Shown piece by piece: positions 10,535 through 23,323 of a stretch of DNA of 64,000 nt (its first letter is position 1; the number at the start of each line of letters is the position of its first letter). The position numbers were made by a program, and so were the translations under genes. Source of the DNA: Azolla caroliniana (taxonomy: Eukaryota > Plantae > Polypodiophyta). The stretch is from contig JBHGNT010000015.1 of the NCBI GenBank assembly GCA_043228905.1, positions 17,112,001-17,176,000 on the forward strand, given 5' to 3'. The notes under the pieces are model-generated. The model had not been told where the DNA came from. It did not search any database and saw nothing but the letters and a program-made list of their open reading frames with translations.

Positions 10535-13500
10535 ATGGCTCAAATTAACGATCCGATGTCATCCGCTCAAGCGGAAGGAACTCAAGGGAATCCTCCTGGA
10601 CAAATGTCCACTGAGATGTATTTGGCACAAATAACCCAATACCTTAGTTTCACCGCTCAGCAGATGACCGAACTTCGGCAATCTCAAAGTGCTCTCGAGG
10701 CATGTGTCATTAGTCTACAACGTGAGACTAATAGAACTGATGAGCGACAAGGTGAACCATCATTTGTCGTTAAGCCATTTACGGGAGACAAAAAGGAAAG
10801 AACTGAAGAAGCAATCTGCACATGGCTGGGACAATGGGAGTCTCATTTTATCTGCACATGGCTGGGACGATGGGAGTCTCATTTTGAGCTCTATCCCACG
10901 CCAGATAGTATGAAGATTGCATATGTCGGCCGAGAACTCGGGGGTAAGGCTGCCGCCTGGTGGCGTGGGCTCCGTACTATGGGGAAATTGCCCGATACCT
11001 GGACAGATTTTGTCACAGTTTTTAAGGGCCAATTTCTGCAACCTCCCTCTCGAACCGAGGCAGCACAAGCTTTAATGAACCTCTCTAGCAGGAAATTTTC
11101 CTCGCTAGAAGACTATGTTCACCATGCTAGAACCCAAATCCAAAAATCGGGTCTAGAAGGGGACAATTGGTTGATAGCTTGTTTTGTCAATGGCATCCCC
11201 AATTCGGACTATCACTGGATAGTGCACGATAAGGATCCAAAATCCTTCGAAGAGGCCGTTGAAATAGTTCTTCGCTATCAACGCACTTCGAAGAAGGACC
11301 ATAACAAACCCAACGAAGCGCCCGGGACTAAGCAGTCGCAATTTGTTGGGAAACGCAAGACACCCAACGAATTCCTGGATCGCGATTGTAAGCGACAACA
11401 TCCTTTTTGTGTATTCTGCAAAAAGAAGGGTCATACAAAAGATCAATGTCGAAAGCTCCAACGGAAAGAGCACGACAACAAAGCTAAAGCTGCAGACCAT
11501 AAAGGTCAGATTCCTAATGTCCTTCAGGTTTATACACATCATTTAAGTAATTGTCAATGTTCTTTCCCTCACTATGTATTGGGTCCCAATGATTTACTAC
11601 GTGCAAACGGGTATATCAATGGATCTCCCATACAATTTTTATTTGATTCGGGAAGCTCACACAATTTTGTGAATGATCGTTTGGTTCAGATATGGGGAAT
11701 CCAACCCACCGTAAGTGATCACACCTACACGATGCACTTGGCTGATGGAAGAGTACAATACATCAACGGGGCGATTCATTCATTAGGAATTTCTATTGAT
11801 ACTTATATAGAGGAAGTAGACTTCCATGAAATGAATCTTTGTACCACCGATGTAATACTGGGTTATCCCTAGTTTTATAATAAAAACTCTTCTTTATTTA
11901 TTGATTGGGTTCGTCATTCCATTTCTTTTGTACTGAACGATTGTACGCATTTTATTCAATGTGTAAAAAAACAATCCCTCTGGATTGTTTCCTCGTGTCC
12001 ATCAATATCCGAGTTGTCTTGTTCTACATTATTTTATTGTGTACTTGATCCGGACATTCACATTTACAATATCGATAATGTCCCGGTTCAATTAACATAT
12101 TTTGAACAACAACAACTTGATGAAATCTTAAATGATTTTCATGATGTTTTTCCAAGTGAACTACCTGATGGGTTACCTCCTAAACGTAATATAGACCATC
12201 GTATAGATATTGTACCTGGTGTTGCACCAATAAGTATACCTCTGTATCGCTTAAGTCGATCCGAAGAAGATGAGGTATCTAAGAAACTCAAGGACTATTT
12301 ACGAATGGGTTATATACGTTATAGTAAATCTCCATGGGGTGCACCAGTTCTCTTGGTTAAAAAGAAAGAGGGCACATGGCGTATGTGTATTAATTACCGA
12401 CTCTTGAATAAAGTGACGATCAAGAATTCGTACCCATTGACCCGGGCTGACGATCTAATTGACCGTCTCCAAGGAGCTCGGTATTTTACGAAACTTGATC
12501 TCCGTACTGGCTACCATCAAATACGAATAAGTGAGGATGATGTTCCTAAAACGGCATTTCGTACGCGCTATGGCCATTACGAGTTTTTGGTTATGCCTTT
12601 TGGTTCGACCAATGCTCCGGCTACTTTTCAACAAGAAATGAATGACATTTTCCGAGAACAACTTGGAAAATTTGTCGTTATTTTCTTGGATGATATTTTA
12701 GTTTATAGCCGTACATTACAAGAACATGCTAGACATGTCCGCTTTGTTTTACAAACATTGCGTGACAAACAGTTTTATGCAAAGATCTCAAAATGTGAGT
12801 TCTTCAAGAAATCAATTACTTATCTAGGACATCTCATAACCGAATGAGGAGTTGAAATTGATCCTTCTCGCATTGAGAAAATCAAGCTTTGGCCCACTCT
12901 TCGGAATATTCGAGAAGTTCGATCATTCCTTGGTTTTGTCGGGTTTTTGCGAAAGTCTCTTTGTAATTACTCCCAATTGACGACGCTGTTTACTGATCTT
13001 TTAAAAGGTCAAACGCGTAAGTCTACAAAACCTATTGTGTGGAATGCTACACTAGACCTCGCCTTTAAGGAACTCAAGGACCTGGTTTGCAAGGCTCCTT
13101 CACTTCTTTTACCTGATCCTTCAAAACCTTTTGAGGTTGAAACCGATGCAAGCAATTATGCTATAGGTGCTGTCTTGTATTAAGATGGTAAACCAATAAC
13201 ATTCGAGAGTAAGAAACTTGATTCTGCTCAATGTCGGTATACTGTTCAAGAAAAGGAATTATTTGCAGTTATACATGCGCTCAAAACATGGCGCCATTAT
13301 CTTTATGGAAATCGCTTTGTGGTAACTACGGACCACGAGTCCTTGAAATGTTTTTGTGACCAACAAGACCTGAAAGGTCGTAAGGCACGATGGGCTGATC
13401 TCATCCAGGACTTTGATTTTTCCATACGATATCGTAAAGGTTCCATGAACACTATCGCTGATGCACTAAGTCGCATCCGTGAAGTTAACATGCTTAGCTT

Positions 13501-15240
13501 CACTGAAATAACATCAGATCTTTATGATCACCTTCGAGGAAAGTATCTTGATGACAGTTATTTTGCAAAATACTGGGCAAGAGTTGAGTCTGGAACAGAC
13601 ACCACCACATCCTCGAAGGAATACTTCCACATTGCTAACGGTTTGCTCTACCGTAATGGGAAGGTTTGTGTTCCAGATTTACCCGAGGTCAAAAAGAGGA
13701 TTCTTTTTGAATTCCATGATGCACCCTTAGCAGGGCACCCTGGAATACATCGTACACTCGTTCTCATCTCCACTCAATTTTATTGGCCTAAGATGCGTCC
13801 TGACATACATAGCTATGTGACTAAATGTCACCAGTGTCAGGTTAACAAAGCCGAGCGACTTAAAGCCGCAGGACTTTTACATCCCTTGGATATTCCCAAT
13901 AATAAGTGGGAAAGTATATCCATGGATTTTATTGTTAGCCTTCCTCGCACCCAAAAAGGTCATGATGCCATCTGGGTTGTCGTTGATCGACTAACTAAAA
14001 TGGCCAAATTTATTGCTACTAAAACCACGGTAATAGCTCCTGAATTGGCTTACCAATTCGTTGATGAATTGTTTCGTTTTTATGGGTTACCGATGGATAT
14101 CGTGAGTGATCGAGATCCAAAGTTTACTAGTGACTTCTGGACGCAAGTATTTAAGAAGTTAGAAACTACGTTGAGCATGAGCTCCACGGATCATCCTCAA
14201 TCCGATGGACAGACAGAACGAGTAAATCAAATTATTGAGGACATGCTTCGAGCATACGTTGGTGCAAAACCAACAAAATGGGAACGTTATCTCCCAATTT
14301 TGGAGTTTGCTTATAACAGCTCCAAGCATACGTCGACGGGATATAGTCCTTTTATGTTGATGTATGGTTTTCAGCCACGAGCCCCGATTGATGTTAATAT
14401 ACATCATGATGAGTTGCAAAGTACGCAAAACTTTCTTCGGGATATGCAAGATATGTTGCATATTGCACGAGATAATATAAAAACAGCTCAAGATAGAGCG
14501 CGTTTTTATGCCGATCATCATAGGCAACCTTGTGTATTCAACCCTAGACAGAAGGTATCAAGCATACGTCGACGGGATATAGTCCTTTTATGTTGATGTA
14601 TGGTTTTCAGCCACGAGCCCCGATTGATGTTAATATACATCATGATGAGTTGCAAAGTACGCAAAACTTTCTTCGGGATATGCAAGATATGTTGCATATT
14701 GCACGAGATAATATAAAAACAGCTCAAGATAGAGCGCGTTTTTATGCCGATCATCATAGGCAACCTTGTGTATTCAACCCTGGACAGAAGGTATTTTTAC
14801 GTGTACCTCACAATTCTAAGACATTGTCTACGGGTAAGCGCGCTAAGTTAGCCCCACGGTTTTGTGGACCTTTTACAGTCCTCAAACGCATTGGGTCATC
14901 AGCCTATCGTCTCGCTCTTCCCAATGGTGTCGGAATTCATCCAGTCTTTCATGTGAGTCGTCTAAAAGAACTTCTAGGTTCTGGCGACAATACAATTACA
15001 ACTGAAACTCTGGTTACTTCTGAAGAATTATCTTCTAAACCACATGTACCAGAAAGAATTCTTGATGTTAAAACAAAAAAATTACGTACTAAAGAAATCC
15101 GAGAATTTAAAATAAAATGGATGGATAAATCAATAAAAGATGCCACATGGGAACGCGAAAATACTCTCAGAACTAATTTCCCTAACTTTCCATTGCAAGA
15201 GTGCAATGTTTTAAAGAGGGGGAGTATGTTACGGGCATGA
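10535..15240 (+). pseudogene. gag-pol polyprotein (Gag, CCHC, PR, RT, RNase H, INT, chromodomain), disrupted
   Basis: CVFCKKKGHTKDQC; LFDSGSSHNF; DLRTGYHQ and FLDDIL; ETDASNYAIGAVL; HPQSDGQTER; CGPF; PERILD...IKW...ATWE; several stops and a 236-bp duplication. Confidence 0.95.
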
Positions 15241-15681
15241 CCATTTAATATCCCGTGGTGAGAATTTACCGTAGTATTCTATACACGTGGATAAGTGTGA
15301 GGGTTAAACGAGAGTGTAAAGAAGGGGAGGATTACTTTTAATCCTCGGGATTGAGACAACCCATTAGGTCAAGTGTGAACTTGCCTGGGGGCCTTGGGTA
15401 TTGCTATAAATAAGAGGCCTAGCTACCCTCATTTGATCATCTTTTGACTACATCGAGACTCTGCTCTTGTGGTGGGTCAACTCTTGTAGCGAGCGCGCCA
15501 ACACCAGGTACGACTCGACGCCACGGCGGTGGTATGGGACGCCGATCGAGGCTCAAGTCCGTCTCGATCCCTTCGCTCGGGGGTGGTCGGGTGGATCGAC
15601 ACCCTTCTTTCTCTTTCTCCTTTCTATCTATCATTTGTTTATCCTTATCTTAAGCTTACTTTAGTACTTAGATCTCTAATA
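15227..15681 (+). repeat. 3' LTR of the Met-primed chromovirus
   Basis: Direct repeat of 8388-8842, preceded by the PPT and followed by TSD CACTC. Confidence 0.95.
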
Positions 15682-16185
15682 CACTCCATGAATCAACAAT
15701 GCAAGATAAAAAAGAGCGACCCTCAACTCACCATGGGCTAGAGTCAAACCACCCATCAAGCACAAGTAGTGGCAACCCTCATAGTAGACAAATGAAAGAA
15801 CCACCACATCAAGGAGTTCAAGATAACCAATAGATGACAAACCCATGCTCAAAACCATCTCCCAATATTGAGGTCTCTATCGCCCTACAATCTATTCAAA
15901 CTCTAGCCTCCTTGATAGAATGGGAAGAACAACCAAACACAGGCGTGAGACACCCAACAAATAACTCTGGTGCTTGACAACAAGATAGGCATTTGGTTCC
16001 AAAAATCTTGTTGACAAGCACTCTGGTGCTTGACAAGAACGAATACGTAACAAGTGAAAACATAAGATGCCCAACTTGCCATGGCTATCACACAGGAAAT
16101 GAATGCCTACACCTACACCAACAAAGACCCCAAATTGGAAATGGTGCAAAGAATTTGTCATTCATCAACCAAAAAACTTCATGTC

Positions 16186-16875
16186 TGTTGAGCGAACAAG
16201 GTCAACTTGATCCGGATCGGTTTTTGGAACAAAGAACTAGATTAGTATTTGGAATGAAGAGTCGGATCGGATTATAACCTATAGGCCGTTAGAGGCCTAC
16301 GATCCTAGCCTAGTACATAGGCATATTTTTAGGAGCCAGTGTCAGTTGCTCTATACGAGCATTGAAGTACCTCTGTCAGTCCTTTAAGGACTTGTATAAA
16401 AGTGCTCACTGAGCACATTGTATGTATAGAGTATTGAATTAATTTTGAATTAGAGTTTATTGTTCTGTTGTCTTTGTCTCTCCCGCGTAATGTGTATTTT
16501 CAAGCTTCCATTAAACCTTCGTTTTGTTTTCTATTGCTATCTGGCTGAGCCAGTTGTGTACACGCTTCCGCACCATAACTTTTACATGGTATCAAAGCGC
16601 GACGGTTAGAACATCCTCTGTTGCCGACAAGAGCTTTCGACACAAACCAAGATCTAACACTTGGTAAGAACAGACAAGGAAAGAAATGGAAAGAGGAATG
16701 GCTAGCTCGCTTCTGACGAAGAAGCTCGATAGAAGCAACTACGCATATTGGTCTTACAAGATGCACCAGTACCTACTCGGACATGGATATTGGAGTTATG
16801 TCGATGGAGCTAATGATGCAACACCAGATGCGACACACAGGGACTTTCCGGCTTGGGAACAAGTGGCAATTAGGT
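16186..16875 (+). mobile_element. Copia 5' LTR (16186-16586), PBS-Met and gag start (16686), related to the element at 4789-7229
   Basis: TGTTGAGCG...TTTTACA-TGGTATCAAAGC; MERGMASSLLTKKLDRSNYAYWSYKMHQYLLGHGYW matches the gag starting at 6716. Confidence 0.9.
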
Positions 16876-19800
16876 TGTTGGCATAAAAGGTCGACTCCTT
16901 CCAATTTGTATCCTAGTGTGAACTCATCCAAAGAGTTAGGGCTTAGGATATAAAAAATAACCTAACAGTGTAAAAGAGAGAGAGAACTTCTTGACCATCT
17001 AGGATAGCGAACTCTATGTGTGAGAGAGAAAGAACGTAATATATCAAAGCTTCGAACTTCTCCATTCTCTGTTTATTCTCTTGCCTTCCTTCTGTGTTGT
17101 TTGTTTGACACTACGATAGATCCTCACACATACATTTCTGCACATATTTGATCTTCAACTGGTATTAGAGCGATCTGCAGCTCGGCGGCAACATACAACA
17201 GAAAAAGCTGAAAGGAAAAAGACTAGGTCAGTAAAATCTCACTTTCAAAGAAGAACATGGCTTCAACATCCAGAACAAGAGTTGAAATCAGAAAATTCGA
17301 TGGCAAAAACTTTGACCTATGGAATGAGATGATGTAGGACGTGTTGATCATCAGAAGACAAGTCGAAGCCATTCGACACAATCAAAAACCTGCCTCGATG
17401 ACAATCGAAGAGTGGAGATCTACAGATGAAATCGCACGCTCCACCATCCGAATGCATCTAGCCGAAAACATCTACTTCAGCATGGCAAAAGAGACAACAT
17501 CATTCACATTGTGGGAGAAGCTACAAGCCGTGTACGAGAAAAAGTTCTCATCTTCAAAACTGATTTTGATCAAACAATTGTTCAACATGAAGATGAGAAA
17601 GACCGATCCGGCTACCTCCCACATCAACACCTTCCGTTGGGTGTTGTAATAACTCTCCTCACAAGGGATCAACTTCGAAGAAGAAGTCAAAGCTCTTGCC
17701 CTCCTATTGATCTTGCTAACGAGTTGGGAGGTATTCTGCACGAAGTATGCCAATAGCCAACCAATCTTAAATCAGGATGAGACGATCGGCCCAATCCTCA
17801 CCAAGGAGATTCGGCGAAAATCGATGGGACTCACCATCGACGAATTGGTAGAAGCCCACCACTCGATTGAGTCAATCAAGAGAACAAGTCGATAGAACCG
17901 GTCGACACCATAGTCGATCGAAAACGAGGGGAGATCGACAACGGTCGAAGTCGAGAACGGGTCGATCAGGCGAATTCTACACACATTGCAGAAAAGTTGG
18001 CCACAATGTCTCCGACTGTTGGTCGATCAAGAGGAAAGAGAGTGGTCGGTGATCCGAACAGAATTGAGGACGACCCAACTCAGACCACTCTCTAGTTGGC
18101 AACCAAATCAACGTTGTCGACACCCGATCAAGAGAAATTCTCTCCTTAGAGGACTCAATGATCGGAGAAGTCCTCTACAGTGCACAAGATGCACACACGT
18201 GGCTACTGGAGGCCGGTGCAACATTCCACGTGACCCCAAACAATGAATGGTTTTCAAACTAGGCAATGTCGGCGCCAACGACACAATTTGACTAGGCAAT
18301 GGGCAGGAGTGCAGAATAGCAGGAGTTGGAGAAGTACCAATTCAATTGTCAAATGGCAACACAATAATCTTGCACCAAGTTCGACACATACCCGATCTGA
18401 AAAGGAGTTTGGTTTCCATTGGCATGCTAGCCGAAGACGGGTACCGAACGACTCTAAGTGAATCGGTATGGATGATCAACCGGGGAAATCTCCGAATTGG
18501 GAGTGGACACAAGTACAACAACATGTACCCATTGATGGCGATCAATCCAAAAGGGGTAGCAAATGTAGCCAAAAAGACCGACCCAAACCTATGGCATGGC
18601 CGACTCGGTCATATGTCTCAAGCTCAACTCGATCGAATGATGGCGGTAGGCTACATCCCAAAACTTCAAGCAAAGATGAACTTCTGCGCACATTGTTGAT
18701 ACGGGAAACAGACCCAATGTCCGCACTCTCTCTACTACGAAATGGTACGACAACCCCTAGAGCTCGTGCACACAGATATATGTGGGCCCATGGAGAGCAA
18801 TCACTAGGAGGCTCCCGATACTTCATCACATTTGTAGATGACTGTACACGGAAGGTTTGGGCCAACTCGATAAGGTCCAAAGACGAAGTGCTCGAGGTCT
18901 TCACTCGGTGGATATTTGAAGTGGAGAACTGGTCGGGACACAGAGTGAAGACACTCCGATCCGACAACGGAGGAGAATATACCTTCAGAGCCTTCAAACA
19001 GTACCTGTCCGACAAAGGGATCCGACATCAAAAGACCGTTCCTTACACACCCATGCAAAATGGAGTGGCAGAACGAATCAATTGAACGATCTAGGAGAGA
19101 GTGACAACAATGCTCCAACAAGCTGGACTAAAGTTGGAGTTATGGGCCGAGGCATTGCAGACGGCGGTATACTTGGTAAATCTATCACCGTCAAAAGCAA
19201 TCAAGCTAGAAGTGCCACATGCACTATGGTCAGGCAAACATCCGACCTACGATAGGCTCCGTATATTTGGTGCGAAGCCTATGCATTCATCCGTAGGGAG
19301 AAAAGGACCAAGTTGGCACCCCATGCGACGAAGTGCATATTTCTCGGTTATGGAACCGATGGGGACTTCGGCTACAGGCTATGGGACCCAGAGAACGGGA
19401 AACTGATCCGGAGCAGTGACGTAGTTCTCAATGAAGACTCTATCTTCTCTCAGCAGAACCAATAGAACCTAGTTGGTAAAAAGGTCTCATTCGAAGACGA
19501 CAAAACTGTTGTAGAAGGACCGTCCCACTGCGCTGATGCAGAGGCTCGACAAACAATCGAACTCGAGCAAGCTGACAACACACCAGCTAACTCCGAATCG
19601 GAAACATGTCCAATAGTCGAACTCAAAGACAAAGTCATCAAAGACAAAGCTGATTCGACAAGAGTCAAACAAGGCAAAGTCAACAAGATGTGATTTGGAA
19701 ACAGACTCGAGTTGACAAAGACCATAGGAGAGGACAAAATGACACCGCCGAAATCCCAAGATGGGGGTGAGTTACCCAAGAGGACTCCTGACTCAAGTAA

Positions 19801-20015
19801 CACTGATCGAACAACAGAGCAGATCAAAGAATCTGAACTGATCAATACGACACTCATGAGATCTGGACGAAATCGAAGGTCAACAGAGTTTTATCAACCA
19901 GGCCTCGACTACGTCAACTACACCGATGTAGGCAAACCTAGCACATACAACGAAGCTATAGCTGCACCAGATGCCATCACATGGCTGCAAGCCATGAAAT
20001 CTGAGATGGACTTGA
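16876..20015 (+). mobile_element. Nested Copia (Tnt1/Tork-like): LTR 16876-17157, PBS 17160-17171, degenerate gag-PR-INT to the start of RT (17257-20015)
   Basis: TGGTATTAGAGC; KFDGKNFDLW; LWHGRLGH; TLRSDNGGEY; YTPMQNGVAER; WLQAMKSEMD. Confidence 0.9.
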
Positions 20016-20240
20016 TGTTGAGAATTGATCAACCACAACTGGTTTCTTATATGCATTCAGGTGCACAGAATACTCAGTAGACAATACACAAACAGAAAAA
20101 CGAAAAATGCAGAAAACGAGATACAGGGACGCAAGATTTACCGTGGAAACCCAAATCAAGAAAAACCACGTGGAGTCCACAAACTCCAAAACAGATCACT
20201 ATCGTCTTTGTCAACAAATGGCTGTAGAGTTACACTCTAA

Positions 20241-20292
<52 letters not shown>

Positions 20293-20428
20293 CTTGCTAT
20301 ATCATCGAGGCAACTACTTTTCCACACTACATAAAGTTTGCCCTAGTTGTATATATACTCATACAACTTTATGGCAATTTACATACATCGCCCACATGGA
20401 GCACATTTCGACTATTTACAAATATAGT
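20016..20428 (-). repeat. Truncated Copia-type LTR containing (CA)n at ~20243-20288
   Basis: CGTGGAAACCC...AAAAACCACG and CTATTTACAAA motifs shared with the solo LTR at 60454-61211. Confidence 0.7.
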
Positions 20429-23323
20429 CTCCCGAATTGTTATATCCTCGATTTTGATTTCGGCCTCAGCCAAGTTACACATAAACTTGGCTTTTACTCG
20501 CCAACCATGTTGAGTATCAATTGGCCATCTACCTTTGTTGTAAAAATCAGCACTCATTATATTTATTTCAGAACCATGATCAATAAGTGCCATGACCGGG
20601 TCTGGAACATTTCCAATCTTCACATGATGCTTAGTAGTGGCTCTAGCCCAACATTTATGGGAGTAGTGGCTTCTTGCATTTGTTGAACTTATCATTGAGG
20701 TTGATGCATGTTGAGGGTCAACAATGATATTGTTTGACTCGTTGCTCACCACTTCATATGCCACCTTCGGATTTGTTTCTTTAACCTGCTCATTTACTTG
20801 CTTCTTTCTTTGCACAATATCAATTATTTCATCATGAAATTCCTTTTTTGCAATACCTAACACTTCTCTTAGTGTAAATTCTACTCGACAGTCTAGTATT
20901 CTTGTTTCTAAAATTTTCTTTAAATCTGTATCCGTTTCAATATCAGACATTAATTTGAAAGAAGGACCAGATTTACCTTTTTCAACTTCTGTGTCCATCT
21001 CTTTTCTTTTGCTTTCTCTTGTTTCATGCTTTTTTGTTGAGTCAATCTCATCATCCGACCTTTTCCTTTTTTCTTCCACTATCACCTCATGCTCTTCATG
21101 TTCTGCCATCTAAGCATAGACTGTCATAGCATCTACTAGAACATTCCATTTAGTGTTTTTCCTTATAGAAACTCCGGCAACACGAAGGTCTTCCATCATC
21201 AGCTTTTGCTTTTGTGCTGAACTTACAACCTTCTCCCAAAATGATGATTGGCATGGTGTGTCATCGAGACGCATTCCTGCCATTGTCGAGTAGTACACTA
21301 TAGAAGCCTTCTTTGCTTCAGCTTCTTCAAACTTAACCTTGACACCACCATCATCAAAGTTCTTTGTAAGTGGACTCCTAGTTTTAGTTAAGTAAATATT
21401 ACCATTTTTCCAATACACCAAGTCTCGATTTTCCATGCCTTTATATTCTTCACAACCACGTAATCGATGTTTGAGACTATCGCACCACATGAATCGAGGT
21501 CGAAATGGTTCCCTTGACCTTGAAGTCTGACCATTCTCAAGCTTTGCCACTTTAATTGTTAGATCTTTCATACTTTGAACTAAATCATCAAGCAAAGACT
21601 CACTCTTAGTTCCGGTCGTTTCTCGTGGTTGATGCACCATTTCGTGTGATGGTTCTCGACTAAGTCTTTGAACTTGGATGTTTTGCTCAAACCGATTCGT
21701 GATTCCCACATGTGGTATTTGTAGCATTGCACCATTCCTTTGCATTCTTTTCATAAATTTATTACAAGCATTTGTTACCTCATTCCAATATGCAATTATA
21801 CCATCTTCAGTTTTTGGTACCTCTAGCATAACTTCCAACTCTTTTCTATACCTCTTGTCAATTGCCTACAAAAATAATGCAACCTTTTGCCAAGACAAAG
21901 AAATTCTTTCTTCTGGCTTTAAGTGTCCATACAATGTATCAAACTCCTTTTTTGTGTCAGCCACAAATAATCCTTTATCTTCTTTTACGAACCATTCATG
22001 GAATGAACGCATACTAACTCGAGAGAAATCTTCACGAGCATATTTAGACACAAGTGCGTCTTTGAATGCATCCCAATCCAAACTATACAATGTTTGTATT
22101 TCACGAATTCTATCTCTTAATTCCATGTCCACTAATTTATAAAAGTTTGCTATCATATTGACATCATTCACACTAGACATTTCCATTTCATCATAATATA
22201 TATTCACATACTTTGAAATATTTGTGCCATCAAACACACCAATCTTCTCTCAGATTTCTCGTAAGGCATGAAATAATTTATCTTGATTCAAATTTTCAAT
22301 AAACAACCTTACTAGATCCATTGTGCTTGTACTTGCCATCTTGATTACTCTTCAATGTCGATTGTCTCTACTACGTCCCCATTTCACGTCGGGTTCACCA
22401 AATTATGTCGTGTCGTGGCTCACCCAGACGCGTACGGTTGTGTAGATAGAAGATAATGTGAAAGTGAGGAAGGAATCACGGGGATTATGGATGGAAGGGA
22501 CGAAAGAGTAGAGATGGAGTAAATAGAGATCAACAAGATATGACAAGATATGATATAGAATGATATTTGACGGAATAAAAGAAATTTATAATTATTTGAT
22601 GAAAAGAGTTACAAAAATGGTTGCGAGCCTCATCGAACCTTCTCTTTCCTGATAACAATCGCTCTTCTCACAGGGTAATCACTCTTCTCTTTCCTGTCTC
22701 ACAGGGTAATCGCTCTTCTCTTTCTTGATAACAATCTTCACTTCAATATTTCGATATAAAAAACCGCCGCCCTTTCGTTGTGAGTTGAGCACCACAACCG
22801 CCAAGCTAGCTCTTCTCTTGTTTTTTCTTCTTCTCTTGATCTTTCTATCTTATGATATCTCTTATGTAATATAATTCTATTTGATTCTCTTGATATATCA
22901 TACAATATAGTTCTTGGATACATTATCAATTCAAATAATATAACATAGAGAGACATACAAATCATGGATATTGGGTAAATGGTAAGGTTTGAGACTTGTA
23001 AGGTAGAATCTACAATACTATATATGGTTTCATACAATATTATGTCAAATAAAACAACACATATAGTTTTTTATATATTACAAGAAGTATAGGGTAAATG
23101 GTAAGGTTTGAGAGTCGTAAGGTGGGGTTTATTAGTTTAAGTCATGTCTTGTCCATGTAATATGATATATATATATTTTATTTGCCTCTACATATAATGT
23201 TTAATATTATCATAGTGTGTCGTTAATATTATCTTTATAAAACATTATCAAAATTTAATTTATTTTAGTTACATATTTATCTTATTGTAGACTTTTAATG
23301 TGAAGCTTTCCTACTTTATGACA
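20429..23323 (-). mobile_element. tRNA-Trp-primed Gypsy, 5' part: LTR 22406-23323, PBS 22384-22400, degenerate gag-protease ~22340-20429
   Basis: Minus PBS TGGTGAACCCGACGTGA; FDGTNISKY; WCDSLKHRLRGC; ALIDHGSEINIM; homologous to 55793-57912. Confidence 0.9.

Larger units (their letters stand above)
8388..15681 (+). mobile_element. Full-length Ty3/Gypsy chromovirus, tRNA-Met primed
   Basis: 455-bp LTRs at 8388-8842 and 15227-15681 (about 14 mismatches by eye), TSD CACTC, PBS TGGTATCAGA at 8845, PPT AAAGAGGGGGAG at 15213-15224. Confidence 0.97.
7532..16185 (-). repeat. Old long LTR of the Trp-primed Gypsy family (7532-8387 plus 15687-16185), split by the chromovirus
   Basis: Starts TGTTGTGTATACACGCGTG and carries the GGGACC...GGTTCTTGGACTAG motif shared with the LTRs at 23324, 42452-44003 and 57930; right end uncertain. 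Confidence 0.55.
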
